Source of the DNA: Desulfobacterales bacterium | GTDB taxonomy: Bacteria > Desulfobacterota > Desulfobacteria > Desulfobacterales > UBA2174 | Assembly (NCBI GenBank): GCA_963668645.2 | Contig: CAXXWC010000021.1 | Coordinates: 704,001 to 768,000 of the forward strand | Length of the DNA stretch: 64,000 nucleotides | Direction: 5' to 3' | Part shown: positions 9,995 to 21,255 of the stretch, one piece after another | Layout of the letters: every line of letters starts with the position of its first letter | Numbering within the stretch: the stretch's first letter is position 1 | Translations under genes and position numbers: made by a program | Notes under the pieces: model-generated | Database searches by the model: none | The model's input: only the letters and a program-made list of their open reading frames with translations | What the model was told of the DNA's origin: nothing

Positions 9995-10711
9995 TCAGCC
10001 CTCTTCATTGAGCCAGTAAATAATCCGCTGGCACAGGGGGCATATCTTGAGACTGTCCTGGCGCTGCAGCTCGTTGTAAAGCTGCGGCGGGATGTTCATA
10101 TGGCATCCCTGGCATATGGCTCGCTGTACCGCGGCCACCGCAACATGGTCTTTTTGCTGGGCCTGGGCATGCAGATAGGTGGCCATCAATTGGGCGTCGA
10201 CCTGGGCGGCGATGGTTTGGCGGGCCTTTTGGGCCTCTGTCAGCTGCTCCCGGTCCCGTTCAATGCCGGCCTCGATTTCCGCAGACTCCCGGCTCAGCTC
10301 CACTTCACGATGGGCAAAGTCCTCGCGGCGTAAGGCCAACTCCTTTTCGACGGCAGCGATCTCGTCCAGCAGGCCGATCATCTCGTCCTCGATGGCCGAG
10401 GCCCCGGCCCGGATCTCGTCGATCTCCTTGAGAGTGGCCTGGTACTCCTTGTTGGTCTTGACCTCGTTGAGTCTCACTTCTCGCTTGACGGCGCGATCCT
10501 GCTGGGCGTGCGCTTCGCGCTCCAGTTCCCGGTAACGCCGGTTAAGCGCCTTGAGCCGATCCTCGGATTCCGCCACGGCCGCTTGAAGCAGTTCGCCCTC
10601 GACCTTAAGGCTTTCGAAACGCCGAGGGGCACACACCAGAGCCTGATCGAGTTCGTGGATCTTTATTTCGGCGGCCTGCAAACGGGCTAACATCTCGATT
10701 TTGGTTTTCAT
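9995..10711 (-). CDS. C4-type zinc-ribbon coiled-coil protein (HP0958/CT398 family)
   Basis: Long coiled coil, KTNKEY, CQGCHM...CPLCQRII. Confidence 0.88.
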   Translation of the reverse strand: MKTKIEMLARLQAAEIKIHELDQALVCAPRRFESLKVEGELLQAAVAESEDRLKALNRRYRELEREAHAQQDRAVKREVRLNEVKTNKEYQATLKEIDEIRAGASAIEDEMIGLLDEIAAVEKELALRREDFAHREVELSRESAEIEAGIERDREQLTEAQKARQTIAAQVDAQLMATYLHAQAQQKDHVAVAAVQRAICQGCHMNIPPQLYNELQRQDSLKICPLCQRIIYWLNEEG

Positions 10712-10718
10712 TCCATGA

Positions 10719-11549
10719 CTATCCATTGCCGTCCGGGCGGATCTCGACCCGCCCGAAAGGATCGCGTTCCAGAGTGCAGGCCGTCAACCGGATTCCGGCC
10801 TCGCCCAGGCCTTGACCGAGCCTTGCAACCAGATCGTCGATCATGATGCGTTCCGAGGCGAAATGACCGATATCGATGGCCGATCGGCCGGCGTCGATGA
10901 TGTCCCGGGCTTCGTGATAGCGAATTTCCCCGGTGATGTATACATCTGCCGGACTGGCGAGAAATGCCCCTACGAGGCTGCCGCCGCTGCCCGAGCAAAG
11001 GGCGGCCTCGTGCACTGCTCTGCCCGGATCGCCAACTATCGGCACATGGCCCAGTCCCAATCGCCGCCCGGCATGCCGGGCCAATTCTTCCAGCGTTACG
11101 GGCGCGGCAAGCCGCCCGAGCCGCCCCAAACCAACCCCGTCCTGATCCGGCATTGCGGTGCAAGCCGAAAGCGGCCCGTTGACGTGAATGTCCAGCCTGC
11201 GGGCCAGCAGGTCGTTGAGTCCATCCACGGCGCTGTCCAGGCTGGTATGGGCGGCATAAATGGATAGATCGGCACCTAGGGCAAGGGCGATGGTACGGCC
11301 CGTCGCAGTGGCCAGATCGATGCGTTTCAAAGGCTTGAAAAGAAGCGGATGGTGTGTGATGAGCAGATCGGCGCCATCCTGGCAGGCGGCCTGCACGACT
11401 TCGGGCGAAGGGTCCAGCGCAACCCAGATATGCCCAACGGATCTATCGAGGGCGCCGACCTGCAGGCCGCAATTGTCCCAGGCTTCGGCCAACCCCGGGG
11501 GGGCCAAACGTTCGAGAAGCCGGATCACATCCTCTACCGTCACTGGCAT
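10719..11549 (-). CDS. Nif3-like dinuclear metal centre protein (YbgI family)
   Basis: AEAWDNCGLQVG, ITHHP, HTSLD, GSGG, GHFASE. Confidence 0.92.
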   Translation of the reverse strand: MPVTVEDVIRLLERLAPPGLAEAWDNCGLQVGALDRSVGHIWVALDPSPEVVQAACQDGADLLITHHPLLFKPLKRIDLATATGRTIALALGADLSIYAAHTSLDSAVDGLNDLLARRLDIHVNGPLSACTAMPDQDGVGLGRLGRLAAPVTLEELARHAGRRLGLGHVPIVGDPGRAVHEAALCSGSGGSLVGAFLASPADVYITGEIRYHEARDIIDAGRSAIDIGHFASERIMIDDLVARLGQGLGEAGIRLTACTLERDPFGRVEIRPDGNG

Positions 11550-11638
11550 TCCCGATCTCATTGGCAAGCTCCCACGGGTGAAAATCTCTCGATGGCCATC
11601 CCCCTTGCGCATTGACCGCACGGGTTGGTTCGATTTGT

Positions 11639-11714
11639 TGGTGGGCCCACCTGGGTTCGAACCAGGGACCGACCGGTTATGAGCCGGTGGCTCTTCCAAC
11701 TGAGCTATGGGCCC
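11639..11714 (-). tRNA. tRNA with CAT anticodon, probably tRNA-Ile2 (lysidine)
   Basis: GGGCCCATAGCTCAGTTGGAAGAGCCACCGGCTCATAACCGGTCGGTCCCTGGTTCGAACCCAGGTGGGCCCACCA; paired 1:72 excludes initiator tRNA; position after rpoD is typical of ileX. Confidence 0.9.
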
Positions 11715-11740
11715 CAACACCTGCTTGATAAGGCACCGCC

Positions 11741-11769
11741 TTCCTACCGACAGGCGCGCCCTTTGTCAA
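11741..11769 (-). promoter_or_regulatory. Putative promoter of the tRNA
   Basis: Minus-strand TTGACA-17 nt-TAGGAA overlapping the rpoD stop codon. Confidence 0.4.
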
Positions 11770-13616
11770 CCGTCTACAAAACTCTTAAGCTTGCGGCTGC
11801 GGGTCGGATGCCGCAATTTGCGTAGCGCCTTGGCCTCTATCTGGCGAATCCGCTCGCGGGTCACGGCGAAATCCTGGCCGACCTCTTCAAGAGTGTGATC
11901 TGCTTTTTCGCCGATACCGAAACGCATCCGCAAAACTTTTTCTTCCCGTGGGGTCAAGGTGGCCAACACCTTGCGCGTCTGTTCGGCCAGGTTCAAGCTC
12001 ACGGCCGCCTCGCTGGGCAGCAGGAACTTTTTATCTTCAATAAAATCGCCAAGGTGACTGTCTTCTTCCTCACCGATGGGCGTTTCCAAAGAGATCGGTT
12101 CACGTGCAATCTTGAGCACTTTACGCACCTTGTCCAGCGGAATCTCCATCTTATCGGCGATCTCTTCGGGGGTCGGTTCGCGGCCCAACTCCTGCACGAG
12201 ATAACGCGAGGTGCGGATCAGCTTGTTGATCGTTTCGATCATGTGCACAGGAATGCGGATGGTTCTGGCCTGATCGGCAATGGCCCGGGTAATCGCCTGG
12301 CGGATCCACCAGGTGGCGTAGGTGGAAAATTTGTACCCCCGGCGATATTCGAACTTGTCCACAGCCTTCATCAGGCCGATGTTCCCCTCCTGGATCAAGT
12401 CTAGAAACTGCAAGCCGCGGTTGGTATATTTCTTGGCGATGCTCACCACCAGACGCAGGTTGGCCTTGGTCAGCTCGCTCTTGGCGTCCTTGGCCCGCTG
12501 GCGGCCGTCCTCGACGCCGGCCATGATCCGCTTGAGGGCCGGACTGCGCGCCTTGATGCGATCTTCGCGCGCCGTAATCTGGTCGAGGGTATTCTTCAAA
12601 TCCTCGTAGAGCAGATCTATCTCGTCTTGGGTCAGATTGCAGCGCAACGCGGCCCAGGCGATGAATTCGGCACTATCCTGGAGCCGAAGGCGAAAATCGG
12701 TCAATGAGATGCCCAAGGACTCGGCGCTGAATGCGATCTTTCGGTTCATGTTGTCGAACCAGTCGATCTGGCCGCGAATCATCCCCTCGATCTTGTCGAT
12801 TACACCGCCTTCCAGGCGCCACTCCTTGATCAGTTCGAATATCTTGGCGTTGCGGCGCGCCACCGAACGTCGCAACCGGCGATGCGCATCGGGCGCCATC
12901 TTGGTTTTGAAAAGCTTTTCACGAAACCGGTTGTTTTCCTGGTCAATATCGCGGATCCGATTGATGGTCTGAACGAAGCGATCTGTCTGGAGCATTTCGT
13001 CGACGTAGGTCTCACCCTCGTCCACGTCCCTGAGTACGTATTTGGGCCGCAGGGCCCCTGATTCGATCTGCTCGCCGAGACGCAGGATGCATTCCACCCC
13101 GGTGGTCGTATCGAGCAAAGCCCGCAACACCTCCTGTTCGCCGGCTTCGATCTTCTTGGCGATTTCGACCTCGCCTTCCCGGCTCAGGAGCGTCACCATC
13201 CCCATCTCACGCAGGTACATCTTGACCGGATCGCTCACCGAGCCGTAGTCGGCCACGGACATGTCTTCGTCTTTGCTTTTTTCCTCTTTGGGCGACGCTC
13301 CAGATTCGGTTTCGGCAAGCTTGCCCTTTTCTTCCTCGACCACATCGATATCGTGTTCATCAAGGAAAATCAGCGCTTCGTCGATCACATCCGCCGAACG
13401 CAGTTCATCGGGAAGCATGGCGTTGATATCGTCATAAGTCAGATACCCCTGAGCCTTGGCCTTGCCGACGAGCTGGCCGAGCACCTTTTTGCCGAGCTTG
13501 TCCCCTCCGCTGGCCTCCTCCTTGTTGGATGGTTTTTTTTGGGTGGTCTGCTCTCGGGGCAGGGATTTAATCTTTTTGGAGGTCGTTTGCCGTTTGGCAG
13601 CGGACTTGTTGGCCAT
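11766..13616 (-). CDS. rpoD: RNA polymerase primary sigma factor
   Basis: Region 1.1; [72 protein letters not shown]. Confidence 0.98.
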   Translation of the reverse strand: MANKSAAKRQTTSKKIKSLPREQTTQKKPSNKEEASGGDKLGKKVLGQLVGKAKAQGYLTYDDINAMLPDELRSADVIDEALIFLDEHDIDVVEEEKGKLAETESGASPKEEKSKDEDMSVADYGSVSDPVKMYLREMGMVTLLSREGEVEIAKKIEAGEQEVLRALLDTTTGVECILRLGEQIESGALRPKYVLRDVDEGETYVDEMLQTDRFVQTINRIRDIDQENNRFREKLFKTKMAPDAHRRLRRSVARRNAKIFELIKEWRLEGGVIDKIEGMIRGQIDWFDNMNRKIAFSAESLGISLTDFRLRLQDSAEFIAWAALRCNLTQDEIDLLYEDLKNTLDQITAREDRIKARSPALKRIMAGVEDGRQRAKDAKSELTKANLRLVVSIAKKYTNRGLQFLDLIQEGNIGLMKAVDKFEYRRGYKFSTYATWWIRQAITRAIADQARTIRIPVHMIETINKLIRTSRYLVQELGREPTPEEIADKMEIPLDKVRKVLKIAREPISLETPIGEEEDSHLGDFIEDKKFLLPSEAAVSLNLAEQTRKVLATLTPREEKVLRMRFGIGEKADHTLEEVGQDFAVTRERIRQIEAKALRKLRHPTRSRKLKSFVDG

Positions 13617-13657
13617 GAATGCGATCCTCCTGAAACGATCTAGGATTCCAGCCTTGT

Positions 13658-15466
13658 TCAATGTGTTGTCAACTTGCGTTTGGACCGGTCCTTGTTGCGA
13701 GCCGCAAGGTTGATTTCGCGCAACAGCCGTTCGAGACGCTCGCTGTCCGCCTCCTGTTCGGCCTCGCTGACCGCCGAAATCCGGCTGTTATGCTTTCGAC
13801 CGGCAGCCAGCTCGAAGTGCCTGATCAACTTTAGACACCCGGCCTCGGTCCACTCTTCATCGCCCATCATCAACCGGCTTGCCAGGCTTCGTAAACCCGG
13901 ATCGGTCAACGTGTCCAGTGGATCGTCAACCTTGCCGGCCTCGCGAAAACGTGCCAAGGCCGCCTCGGCAATGGCTCTTAGTCGTAAATCAACAAAATAA
14001 GACGTCAGTCGGTGTTTGTCGACCTCCGCCAGAATCCGGGGAAATTGAAGTATCATCGACGTCACCTGGCGTTCAAGGGGAGGCAGCCGCACCGGCTGTG
14101 GGGTCGCCGTTTCGGTGGCAGCGGCCGCCGCCCTGCCCCGGCCGAGCCGTTTCAAGACGACGGCCTCGTCAACGCCCACCCGCTCGGCCAGCAATTTGAC
14201 ATAGAGCGACCGGGTGACCGGATCTTCCACTGTCTTGAGCGAGGGGATCAAGGCCCCCACCACCAGGGACCGGCCCTCGATGGTGTCGCCGTGCTGGCGC
14301 AGCATGGCATCCAGCATGAAAGGAAATACGCCCTTTGCCTCTTCGGCCAGTGCCATAAACGCCTCGGCGCCCTTGGCGTGCAAAAAGCTGTCCGGATCCT
14401 GGCCGCCCGGCAACTCCATGATAACGGTGTTAATCCCTTTCTCACGATGGAAGCTGCCGGCTGCAAAACGCTGATGAAGTTGTTCGAATACCGGCCGAGC
14501 GCGTTCGGCGGCCTTTTGACCGGCCGCATCCCCGTCGAAAACCAGCACGATCCGACCCGATCCGACAAACCTTTTGAGCAAAGCGATCTGCTCGGCTGTC
14601 AGAGCGGTGCCCAGGGTCGCCGCCGCATTGCGGATCCCGTGCTGGTGAAGCGCCAGCAGGTCGAGGTAGCCTTCCACGATATAGACCGTCTGAGTGCGGC
14701 GGCAATGAGCGCGCGCCTGATAGAGCCCATAAAGAGAGCGGCTCTTGTTGTAGAGCGGGGTCTCCGGCGAATTGAGATATTTGGGCAATGCATCGGCGAT
14801 CACCCGCCCGCCGAATCCGACAACCGTTCCATCGATATTGTTGATCGGGAAAATAATCCTTTGGCGAAATCGGTCGTAATAACCGCTCTTGCTTTTGCGG
14901 GGGACGATCAAACCGGCTTTTTCCATCAATGATTCTGGAAACTTTTTACTGCGCAGGTGCGCCAGTAGCCGATCCCAGGCCGCCGGTGCCCACCCGAGCC
15001 GGAAAGTCTTGACGACATCGTGGTTGAAGCCCCGGCCTTCCAGGTAGGACCGCGCCATGCGCCCCTGCTCGGGATGGGCAAGCATCCGGCAAAAGAAGTC
15101 CTCGGCAGCTATGTTGACGACGCGCAAGCGGTCGCGTTCATCCCCACCTGCCGAAGCGCCCTTACCTTCGACCGGCAGCTGGATACCGTAGCGCCGGGCC
15201 AACGCCTTGATGGCCTCAGGAAAATTGAGCCCCTGGTGGCGCATGAGAAACGAAAAGACGTCCCCCCCCTCACCGCAACCGAAGCAGTGAAAAATCTGCT
15301 TGTCCGGACTGACGGTAAACGAGGGGGTCTTTTCGCTGTGAAAAGGGCAAAGCCCCACCAGGTTCTTGCCGGCCTGTTTGAGCGCCACCGCCTCGGACAC
15401 GATGTCCACGATATCGGCCGCCTGGCGTACCTCCTGGATGATGGTTTCCGGAATCTGTCCGCCCAA
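13658..15466 (-). CDS. dnaG: DNA primase
   Basis: [11 protein letters not shown]...CFGC zinc finger; [24 protein letters not shown]. Confidence 0.97.
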   Translation of the reverse strand: MGGQIPETIIQEVRQAADIVDIVSEAVALKQAGKNLVGLCPFHSEKTPSFTVSPDKQIFHCFGCGEGGDVFSFLMRHQGLNFPEAIKALARRYGIQLPVEGKGASAGGDERDRLRVVNIAAEDFFCRMLAHPEQGRMARSYLEGRGFNHDVVKTFRLGWAPAAWDRLLAHLRSKKFPESLMEKAGLIVPRKSKSGYYDRFRQRIIFPINNIDGTVVGFGGRVIADALPKYLNSPETPLYNKSRSLYGLYQARAHCRRTQTVYIVEGYLDLLALHQHGIRNAAATLGTALTAEQIALLKRFVGSGRIVLVFDGDAAGQKAAERARPVFEQLHQRFAAGSFHREKGINTVIMELPGGQDPDSFLHAKGAEAFMALAEEAKGVFPFMLDAMLRQHGDTIEGRSLVVGALIPSLKTVEDPVTRSLYVKLLAERVGVDEAVVLKRLGRGRAAAAATETATPQPVRLPPLERQVTSMILQFPRILAEVDKHRLTSYFVDLRLRAIAEAALARFREAGKVDDPLDTLTDPGLRSLASRLMMGDEEWTEAGCLKLIRHFELAAGRKHNSRISAVSEAEQEADSERLERLLREINLAARNKDRSKRKLTTH

Positions 15467-15549
15467 ACGCTGCCTCCTGCCTTACAGTTCCCTTACGGCC
15501 GGATACCTCCAGCGGCAAAGCCGTCCCTGACCGATCGAGGCCCTTGTTT

Positions 15550-16278
15550 CTAACGCTGAGCGCCGAGACTGCCGAGTAGCTCCGTGATACTTTGCACAAT
15601 CATTGTTTCGGCATTAACCCACTCGCCCCTTCGTTTGAGAAAGGTGCCGAACTTTAGCAGATTTTCGTCGAGCGACCGCTGGGTCTCGTCGAACTCAGCC
15701 GACCAGATCATATTCCCTTGAGCCGTATCCAGGAGGTAAAATCCGTAGGCCACCGAAGCGGGCCGCTCCACGGCGAACCGTCCTCCCTGACGCTCACGGA
15801 CGCGATAGAGGTAGCCCACTAGGACACTGTCGCCATCCAGGCGCCGGGCGGCGTCCAGGATCAGTGACTGCTGGGCCAACGGCCCGGTGGCGGCCGCCGC
15901 CAGATCGTCCATGGTGGCTTGAACCGCTGCGGGTCCGATCACCTGGAATCCTTGGGTGGTCAGATGGTCTTGGACCATATTGGTCATCATCGCGGCCAGC
16001 TCAGGCGCCTCCTGGCCTGTGAGGAAAACCTTGCCCGTCAGGGGCGCACGGGCACTGCGATCCGGGCCATAGACCCGGGCCATGTCGACCACGGGCGCCA
16101 GTGCGATGCGTTTCAGGTTTGCGGCCGCAAGGTTTTCCACAGCCGGTTTCGGCCCGGCGCAGCCACCCGTCATCAACAGCAGCAACAACCCAAAGTGCAG
16201 TCCGAGCGATACAGGCCCTTTCGGATGCGCCTTTCGCATAACAAAGTTCAGGGTCATGGAATTCTCCAGCCCGGGCAA
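15550..16278 (-). CDS. Putative lipoprotein (start uncertain)
   Basis: Hydrophobic stretch followed by TGGC lipobox-like motif; RIALAP...DGDSVLVG pattern. Confidence 0.6.
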   Translation of the reverse strand: MPGLENSMTLNFVMRKAHPKGPVSLGLHFGLLLLLMTGGCAGPKPAVENLAAANLKRIALAPVVDMARVYGPDRSARAPLTGKVFLTGQEAPELAAMMTNMVQDHLTTQGFQVIGPAAVQATMDDLAAAATGPLAQQSLILDAARRLDGDSVLVGYLYRVRERQGGRFAVERPASVAYGFYLLDTAQGNMIWSAEFDETQRSLDENLLKFGTFLKRRGEWVNAETMIVQSITELLGSLGAQR

Positions 16279-16301
16279 AAAGACCCGGTGCAGACGGTGG
16301 A

Positions 16302-16892
16302 TTAGAGGATACCCTTGCTCGATCGGACCGAGACGACTCTTGCATCCAGGCCGGCGGCTTCATCCAAGGCCCTTCCCAATGCCTTGAAGATCGCCTCGAT
16401 GGCGTGATGCCCATTTTCACCATAAGGGACGTTGACGTGGATCGCCATCCCGCCCCGCTGGCACAAGGCCCTGAAAAATTCCTTGGCCAGCATGCTGTCA
16501 AAGGGCATGTTGGCGGTCAGATCCGGGGGAAGCCGCCATACGAGAAACGGTCGATTGGACAGATCGATGGCCACTTCTGCCAAGGCCTCGTCCATCGGTG
16601 TCACCGCATGACCGTAACGGCGCAGTCCCTTCCGGTTGCCCAGGGCCTGGCCCATGGCTTCTCCCAGTGTCAGCCCGACGTCTTCGACTGTATGGTGCCA
16701 GTCGACATGCAAATCACCGACGGCCGCCACGTTAAGGTCGAAAAACCCATGCACTGCAAAAAGGGTCAACATATGATCGAAAAACCCGATTCCCGTCTCC
16801 ACCTCAGCCCGGCCTTGACCGTCGAGGTTCAGGTCCACCCGGACACTGGTTTCCCCTGTCCGGCGTTCAACGCTTCCGGCACGATCGCTCAT
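16302..16892 (-). CDS. hisB: Imidazoleglycerol-phosphate dehydratase
   Basis: RRTGET, TGIGFFDHML, HHTVED, PMDEAL, NGHHAIEAIFKA, SSKGIL. Confidence 0.97.
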   Translation of the reverse strand: MSDRAGSVERRTGETSVRVDLNLDGQGRAEVETGIGFFDHMLTLFAVHGFFDLNVAAVGDLHVDWHHTVEDVGLTLGEAMGQALGNRKGLRRYGHAVTPMDEALAEVAIDLSNRPFLVWRLPPDLTANMPFDSMLAKEFFRALCQRGGMAIHVNVPYGENGHHAIEAIFKALGRALDEAAGLDARVVSVRSSKGIL

Positions 16893-17075
16893 GATTTCTC
16901 CATATCCTCCGGGTTCCGCCCAGCGCAAAATGCGCTTAAAACAGCGGCAACTCATTGTTATCAATTATTATTGTTTCAAACCAGAACCAAATTCGATGCC
17001 TTGGGAAGAGTGAGATCGTCAAACCCGGCCGCCACAGCTACGGCCAAAAAGAAAGGGGATTGATCATAACCGTTT

Positions 17076-17105
17076 AAAATAAAGACATCATTTGATCCAT
17101 GTCAA
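17076..17105 (-). promoter_or_regulatory. Possible sigma70 promoter upstream of hisB
   Basis: Minus-strand TTGACA-18 nt-TATTTT in an AT-rich intergenic region. Confidence 0.3.
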
Positions 17106-17283
17106 CCGGTTTTTGACTCTTTAACGAAAACCGATTCTCTTCATCCACCCGGCTACACGGCAAAGATATTTGGCGGGGGACCATTTCGGCCCTCAGATAC
17201 CGGCAGTAGGGTCTATCCTGAAAATCTCGGCGGCAACGGCGCTTGGAGATGACAAAGGTGGGCGGCACGGCCGTTTATGGCAA

Positions 17284-17719
17284 TCATCCGGAGCCCTTGT
17301 CATCAAGATGGAAGTCCGGATAATATTTTTTGGCACACCCGGGGCAGATGCTGTGACTGAAATCGGCATCCGAATGTTCTTTCAGGCAGGCTTCAGCCCG
17401 CAGACCACGAATCGGCATGGGAAGCTTCGGATCGACGTCGCAGGGAAAACCGCCGGCTTCCAGAAACAGGACCTCGTTTTCTGCACCGTCCTCGCTCAGC
17501 AAGGCAACATAGCCGCTGGTGGTGCCCAAAAGGGCCTTGCAGTGGTCGAAGACTGCACGTGCCACTTGAGCAAACGCGCCCGCTAAACAACACAGCCCGG
17601 GCACTGTTCTTGAGTGCCGCCAATTCCCTGGTACGCCTTTCTATCTGCCGCCGGCTGGCGGCCAGTTCGGCGTTGAACTTTTCAACCCCCAAGTTCTGAG
17701 ACGTCTTCCCTCCACCCAT
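17284..17719 (-). pseudogene. Degraded GAF-domain sensor remnant (frameshift plus internal deletion)
   Basis: ORF 17393-17719 (coiled coil, ...ARAVLF) changes frame near 17580 into a GAF start (AVFDHCKALLGTTSGYVALLSEDGAENEVLFL...PMPIRGLRAEA), which jumps to the C-terminal motif HSDADFSHSICPGCAKKYYP. Confidence 0.6.
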
Positions 17720-17766
17720 GGCGTGTCATCTCCTGCTCGCGCCCTCCAACTGTTCGAAACCGCCAA

Positions 17767-20040
17767 TCAGCCATCGCCCAGCACCTTGCGCACCCGGGCA
17801 CCCAACTCTTCCATGGAGAAAGGCTTTTGAATAAAATGCACGCCTGCTTCCAGAACTCCATGATGGGCGATGACGTTGGCGGTGTAACCGGACATGAATA
17901 AAACCTTCATTTCCGGGTGAACGGTGAGCAGCTTTTCGGCCAGGTCCCGGCCGTTCATTTCCGGCATAATCACATCAGCGATCAACAGGTGGATCTTTTC
18001 GGAGTATTGCTGGACCAGCGCCGTGGCGGCGCCATGATTGTCTGCGGCCAGAACGGCGTATCCCAATTTTTCGAGCATCCTGCCGGTCAGTTTCAAAAGG
18101 GTAGAATCGTCTTCGACTACCAGGATCGTCTCGCCGTGGTTCTCCGCTATCCTTGGTTTCCTTCGGGCCGTCAAGGCCGCTTCGGCATTGCTGATATAAC
18201 GCGGCAGGTAAATTCTTAAGGTCGTGCCCTGCTCCGGTTCACTGTAGACATTGATAAAGCCGTTGTTCTGCCTGACGATCCCGTAGACCGTGGCCAGCCC
18301 GAGACCGGTACCCCGGCCTTCCTCCTTGGTGGTAAAAAACGGTTCGAAAATAGCATCGAGGGTCTCTTTGGGCATGCCGCAGCCGTTGTCGCTGACCGCC
18401 AATAGAACGAAATCCCCCTGGCAAAATCCAGCATGATCCTTGCAATACGTTTCATCGAAACTCATATTGTCGGTTTCGATGGTGATTTTTCCCACCCCGG
18501 TGATCGCATCCCTGGCGTTGACAACCAGATTGGCCAGAATCTGGTCGACCTGGGAAGGGTCCATCATCACCGACCATAAATTTTCGCCCGGCCGGAAAAC
18601 CAGATCGATATCCTCACCGATCAGCCGCCAAAGCATCTTGAGCATGTCCTGCACCGTCTCGTTCAGGTCCAGGTCTCTTGGTGAGATGGTCTGTTTGCGG
18701 GCGAAGGCCAGCAGTTGTCGGGTGATGTCGGCCGAACGGCGTGCGGCCGTCATGACCTCGATCAAATCAGGATAGACTTGATGCGCCTTGCCCAGTTGTT
18801 GCATGGCCATCTCGGCATAACCGATGATCACACTGATCATGTTGTTGAAGTCGTGGGCCACCCCACCGGCGAGGCGCCCTATCGACTCGAGCTTCTGGGC
18901 TTGAATCAACTGTGTCTGCAAGGACTCCTGCTGGCTGATATCGATGCTCACGGCAAGCGCAGCGTACATTTCGCCGTTGCGGTCAAACAACGGATAGGTC
19001 GAAAAATAGGCCGGAAATGTCTCACCCGATTTTCGCACCAAGGTGGTCTTGCCGTGAACCCCCTGTTTTTGCTCATGCATCTGTCGCAATGACGCGGGAA
19101 AGAGCCTGACTTCCTCGGGAAGCTGAAGCAGCGACAACGGCTGGCCGACAATCTCATCACGGCGGTAATCGAAAAGCGTCTCGGCTCCTGGGCTGAATTC
19201 CAATACGGTCGGAACCGCCCCCTTGGCATCGGCGATGACGAACGATACGTTGGGAGCCGCTTTGAAAATCGCCTGCAAGCGTTCCTCGCTGAGACGCAGG
19301 GCTTCCTCGGCCAGTTTCTGGACCGTGATATCCTGAGCCGTTCCAAACAGCTTGACGACTTTTCCCGTCTGGTCCAGAGCGGTGGTTCCGATGGTATGCA
19401 TCCAGCCCATTTCACCACTCTGCTTCAGGATCCGAAAGACCACATCGAAGTCGCCGCCATCGGTCTTCGTGCTTCGAAACACCCCTTCGATGCCGGGCCA
19501 ATCCTCTGGATGGATGTAGGGTCGGATCTTGCTCCAATACAGCTCGTCAGGATCGGGGGCGAGGCCGAAAATGCGGAAAATTTCATCCGACCAGACCATT
19601 GATCCGATCTTCAGATCCATTTCCCAGTGGCCGATGTGCGCAACCCTCTGGGCTTCTTTGTGAAGCGCTTCGCTGCGCTGCAGATTCTCTTCGGCCCGCT
19701 TGCGCTCGGAAATATCACGCAAGCAGGCGATAAGGACACTCTTGCCCTCCCATTCGCTTTCCACCACCCGCATCTCGGCAAAGCAGATGGTGCCGCCTGG
19801 CCGGATGATCTGCACATCGGCCGAGGCACCGACCGCTGCCGGAAGGCCGAAGGGTTGTCCGACCAACTCGTTGCGCCGGCGGCCGAAAAGGTCCGCAGCA
19901 GCCGGGTTGGCATAGGCCACTTCCCCCTGGTTGTCGATGGCCACCACGGCATCGGCCAGAGCCTCGATGAGGTCTTTCATCCGCCGGGACTCTTTCCGGC
20001 CCTCGTCGGTGCCCTGGGTCGCGGGTTTCACTTCAGGCAT
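17767..20040 (-). CDS. Hybrid sensor histidine kinase (3 PAS-HisKA-HATPase-REC)
   Basis: [12 protein letters not shown]-box; [23 protein letters not shown] with DVIMP; start uncertain. Confidence 0.92.
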   Translation of the reverse strand: MPEVKPATQGTDEGRKESRRMKDLIEALADAVVAIDNQGEVAYANPAAADLFGRRRNELVGQPFGLPAAVGASADVQIIRPGGTICFAEMRVVESEWEGKSVLIACLRDISERKRAEENLQRSEALHKEAQRVAHIGHWEMDLKIGSMVWSDEIFRIFGLAPDPDELYWSKIRPYIHPEDWPGIEGVFRSTKTDGGDFDVVFRILKQSGEMGWMHTIGTTALDQTGKVVKLFGTAQDITVQKLAEEALRLSEERLQAIFKAAPNVSFVIADAKGAVPTVLEFSPGAETLFDYRRDEIVGQPLSLLQLPEEVRLFPASLRQMHEQKQGVHGKTTLVRKSGETFPAYFSTYPLFDRNGEMYAALAVSIDISQQESLQTQLIQAQKLESIGRLAGGVAHDFNNMISVIIGYAEMAMQQLGKAHQVYPDLIEVMTAARRSADITRQLLAFARKQTISPRDLDLNETVQDMLKMLWRLIGEDIDLVFRPGENLWSVMMDPSQVDQILANLVVNARDAITGVGKITIETDNMSFDETYCKDHAGFCQGDFVLLAVSDNGCGMPKETLDAIFEPFFTTKEEGRGTGLGLATVYGIVRQNNGFINVYSEPEQGTTLRIYLPRYISNAEAALTARRKPRIAENHGETILVVEDDSTLLKLTGRMLEKLGYAVLAADNHGAATALVQQYSEKIHLLIADVIMPEMNGRDLAEKLLTVHPEMKVLFMSGYTANVIAHHGVLEAGVHFIQKPFSMEELGARVRKVLGDG

Positions 20041-20145
20041 AAATTGCATCTCCGCAAACGATTAATCACACGCATCGAGAAAGTTCGGGTTTCATATCTC
20101 TCCCCTCCGACGGGAGGGCCGCCTTTATCGCCGCCATCCAACAGA

Positions 20146-20541
20146 TCAGATCTCCCACCCCACGGGACCATCCAGGATTCCTCGGGTGGCCAGGACGATC
20201 TGCTCATTGCCGATGGGCTTTTTGAGGACCTGAAATTCAAGGCCCTCGGCCACGACCTGCCTGAGTTCATCGGCAAACTCCTCGTAAAAGGCGGTTACGA
20301 TGTAGACTGGTACCTGCCGGTGGTCCTTGCGGATCTCGCGAAGGGTTTGAACCCCATTGAGTCCGGGCATCTTCAGGTCCAGGTAGATCAGGTCATAGGG
20401 CGCCTCCTGGTTCATCTGGATACCCCGTTCCCCCGAATCGGCCGTATCGACAATGTATCCGGTATCCTCCAGGGCCAGGATGAAGGACTTGCGGATGGCC
20501 TCTTCGTCATCGATGACCAGTATACGTTTGTTCATTCCCAT
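20146..20541 (-). CDS. Single-domain response regulator
   Basis: ILVIDDE, LDLKMP, IVT, KKP. Confidence 0.88.
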   Translation of the reverse strand: MGMNKRILVIDDEEAIRKSFILALEDTGYIVDTADSGERGIQMNQEAPYDLIYLDLKMPGLNGVQTLREIRKDHRQVPVYIVTAFYEEFADELRQVVAEGLEFQVLKKPIGNEQIVLATRGILDGPVGWEI

Positions 20542-20607
20542 TCTCCCATTAAGTGCTTATTATAGGTCTTCAACTTCAAATCGCCGCTACGCGTCGTGCG
20601 CCCGTTT

Positions 20608-21255
20608 TCAAATAAGCCCCAGCATTTCGGCGATCTTGACCGGATCGGAGATGTCGCCGATGATCCGTCGCGGTCGTTCCCCGGAACTGCGAATCACCGT
20701 GGGTGTCATGAACACACCGTCATTGTAAGCCGCGATCGGATTCTCGAGAATATCGACCACATCGATCTTGCAGCAGATCGATGTCGTTCCATCCACCAGA
20801 GCCCGGAAATCGGCCACCGCCTTGTCATGGAAGGCGCTGCGTGCCGCAACGAAAAAACGGACCTTCTCCGTTCGATCCTTCAAGGGGCCTTCCAACGCGC
20901 CCGCTGCGGCCATGACCAACTCAGCCCTTTGGACGGGCTTGTTAAGCACTTCGAACGAGATCCCTTCCTCCTTCAACCGCTTAAGCCTGTCGCGGAACTC
21001 GGTCTGGAAACCGGTCACGATGTAGACCGGCACCGACGGGTCGATCTGCCGGATCGCCCGCAACGTCTCCGTTCCGCTCATACCCGGCATTTTCAGGTCG
21101 AGCAAAATCAGGTCGACCGACAGTTTCCGCAAAATTTCCAAAGCCGCGTCTCCCGTCGCCACCGTATGGATATCCCGATCTTCTCCGGCAAGCACGATGG
21201 AATAGTAGTCGCGAATGTCTTCTTCATCGTCGACGATCAAAATCTGCTTTTTCAT
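20608..21255 (-). CDS. Response regulator receiver fused to a C-terminal KaiB-like domain
   Basis: REC aa 1-124 (DDE, D53, KP); aa ~131-215 VRFFVA...KIDVVDILENPIAAYNDGVFMTPTVIR...PRRIIGDISD matches KaiB ([22 protein letters not shown]...RRIIGDLS). Confidence 0.85.
   Translation of the reverse strand: MKKQILIVDDEEDIRDYYSIVLAGEDRDIHTVATGDAALEILRKLSVDLILLDLKMPGMSGTETLRAIRQIDPSVPVYIVTGFQTEFRDRLKRLKEEGISFEVLNKPVQRAELVMAAAGALEGPLKDRTEKVRFFVAARSAFHDKAVADFRALVDGTTSICCKIDVVDILENPIAAYNDGVFMTPTVIRSSGERPRRIIGDISDPVKIAEMLGLI

Noticed and set aside
11550..11720. N-terminal extension of the Nif3 ORF
   Set aside because: It runs through the tRNA gene and is an ORF-caller artefact
17074..17268. 64-aa ORF ending QMMSLF (clamp-binding-like motif)
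   Set aside because: No other support; its end coincides with a likely promoter region
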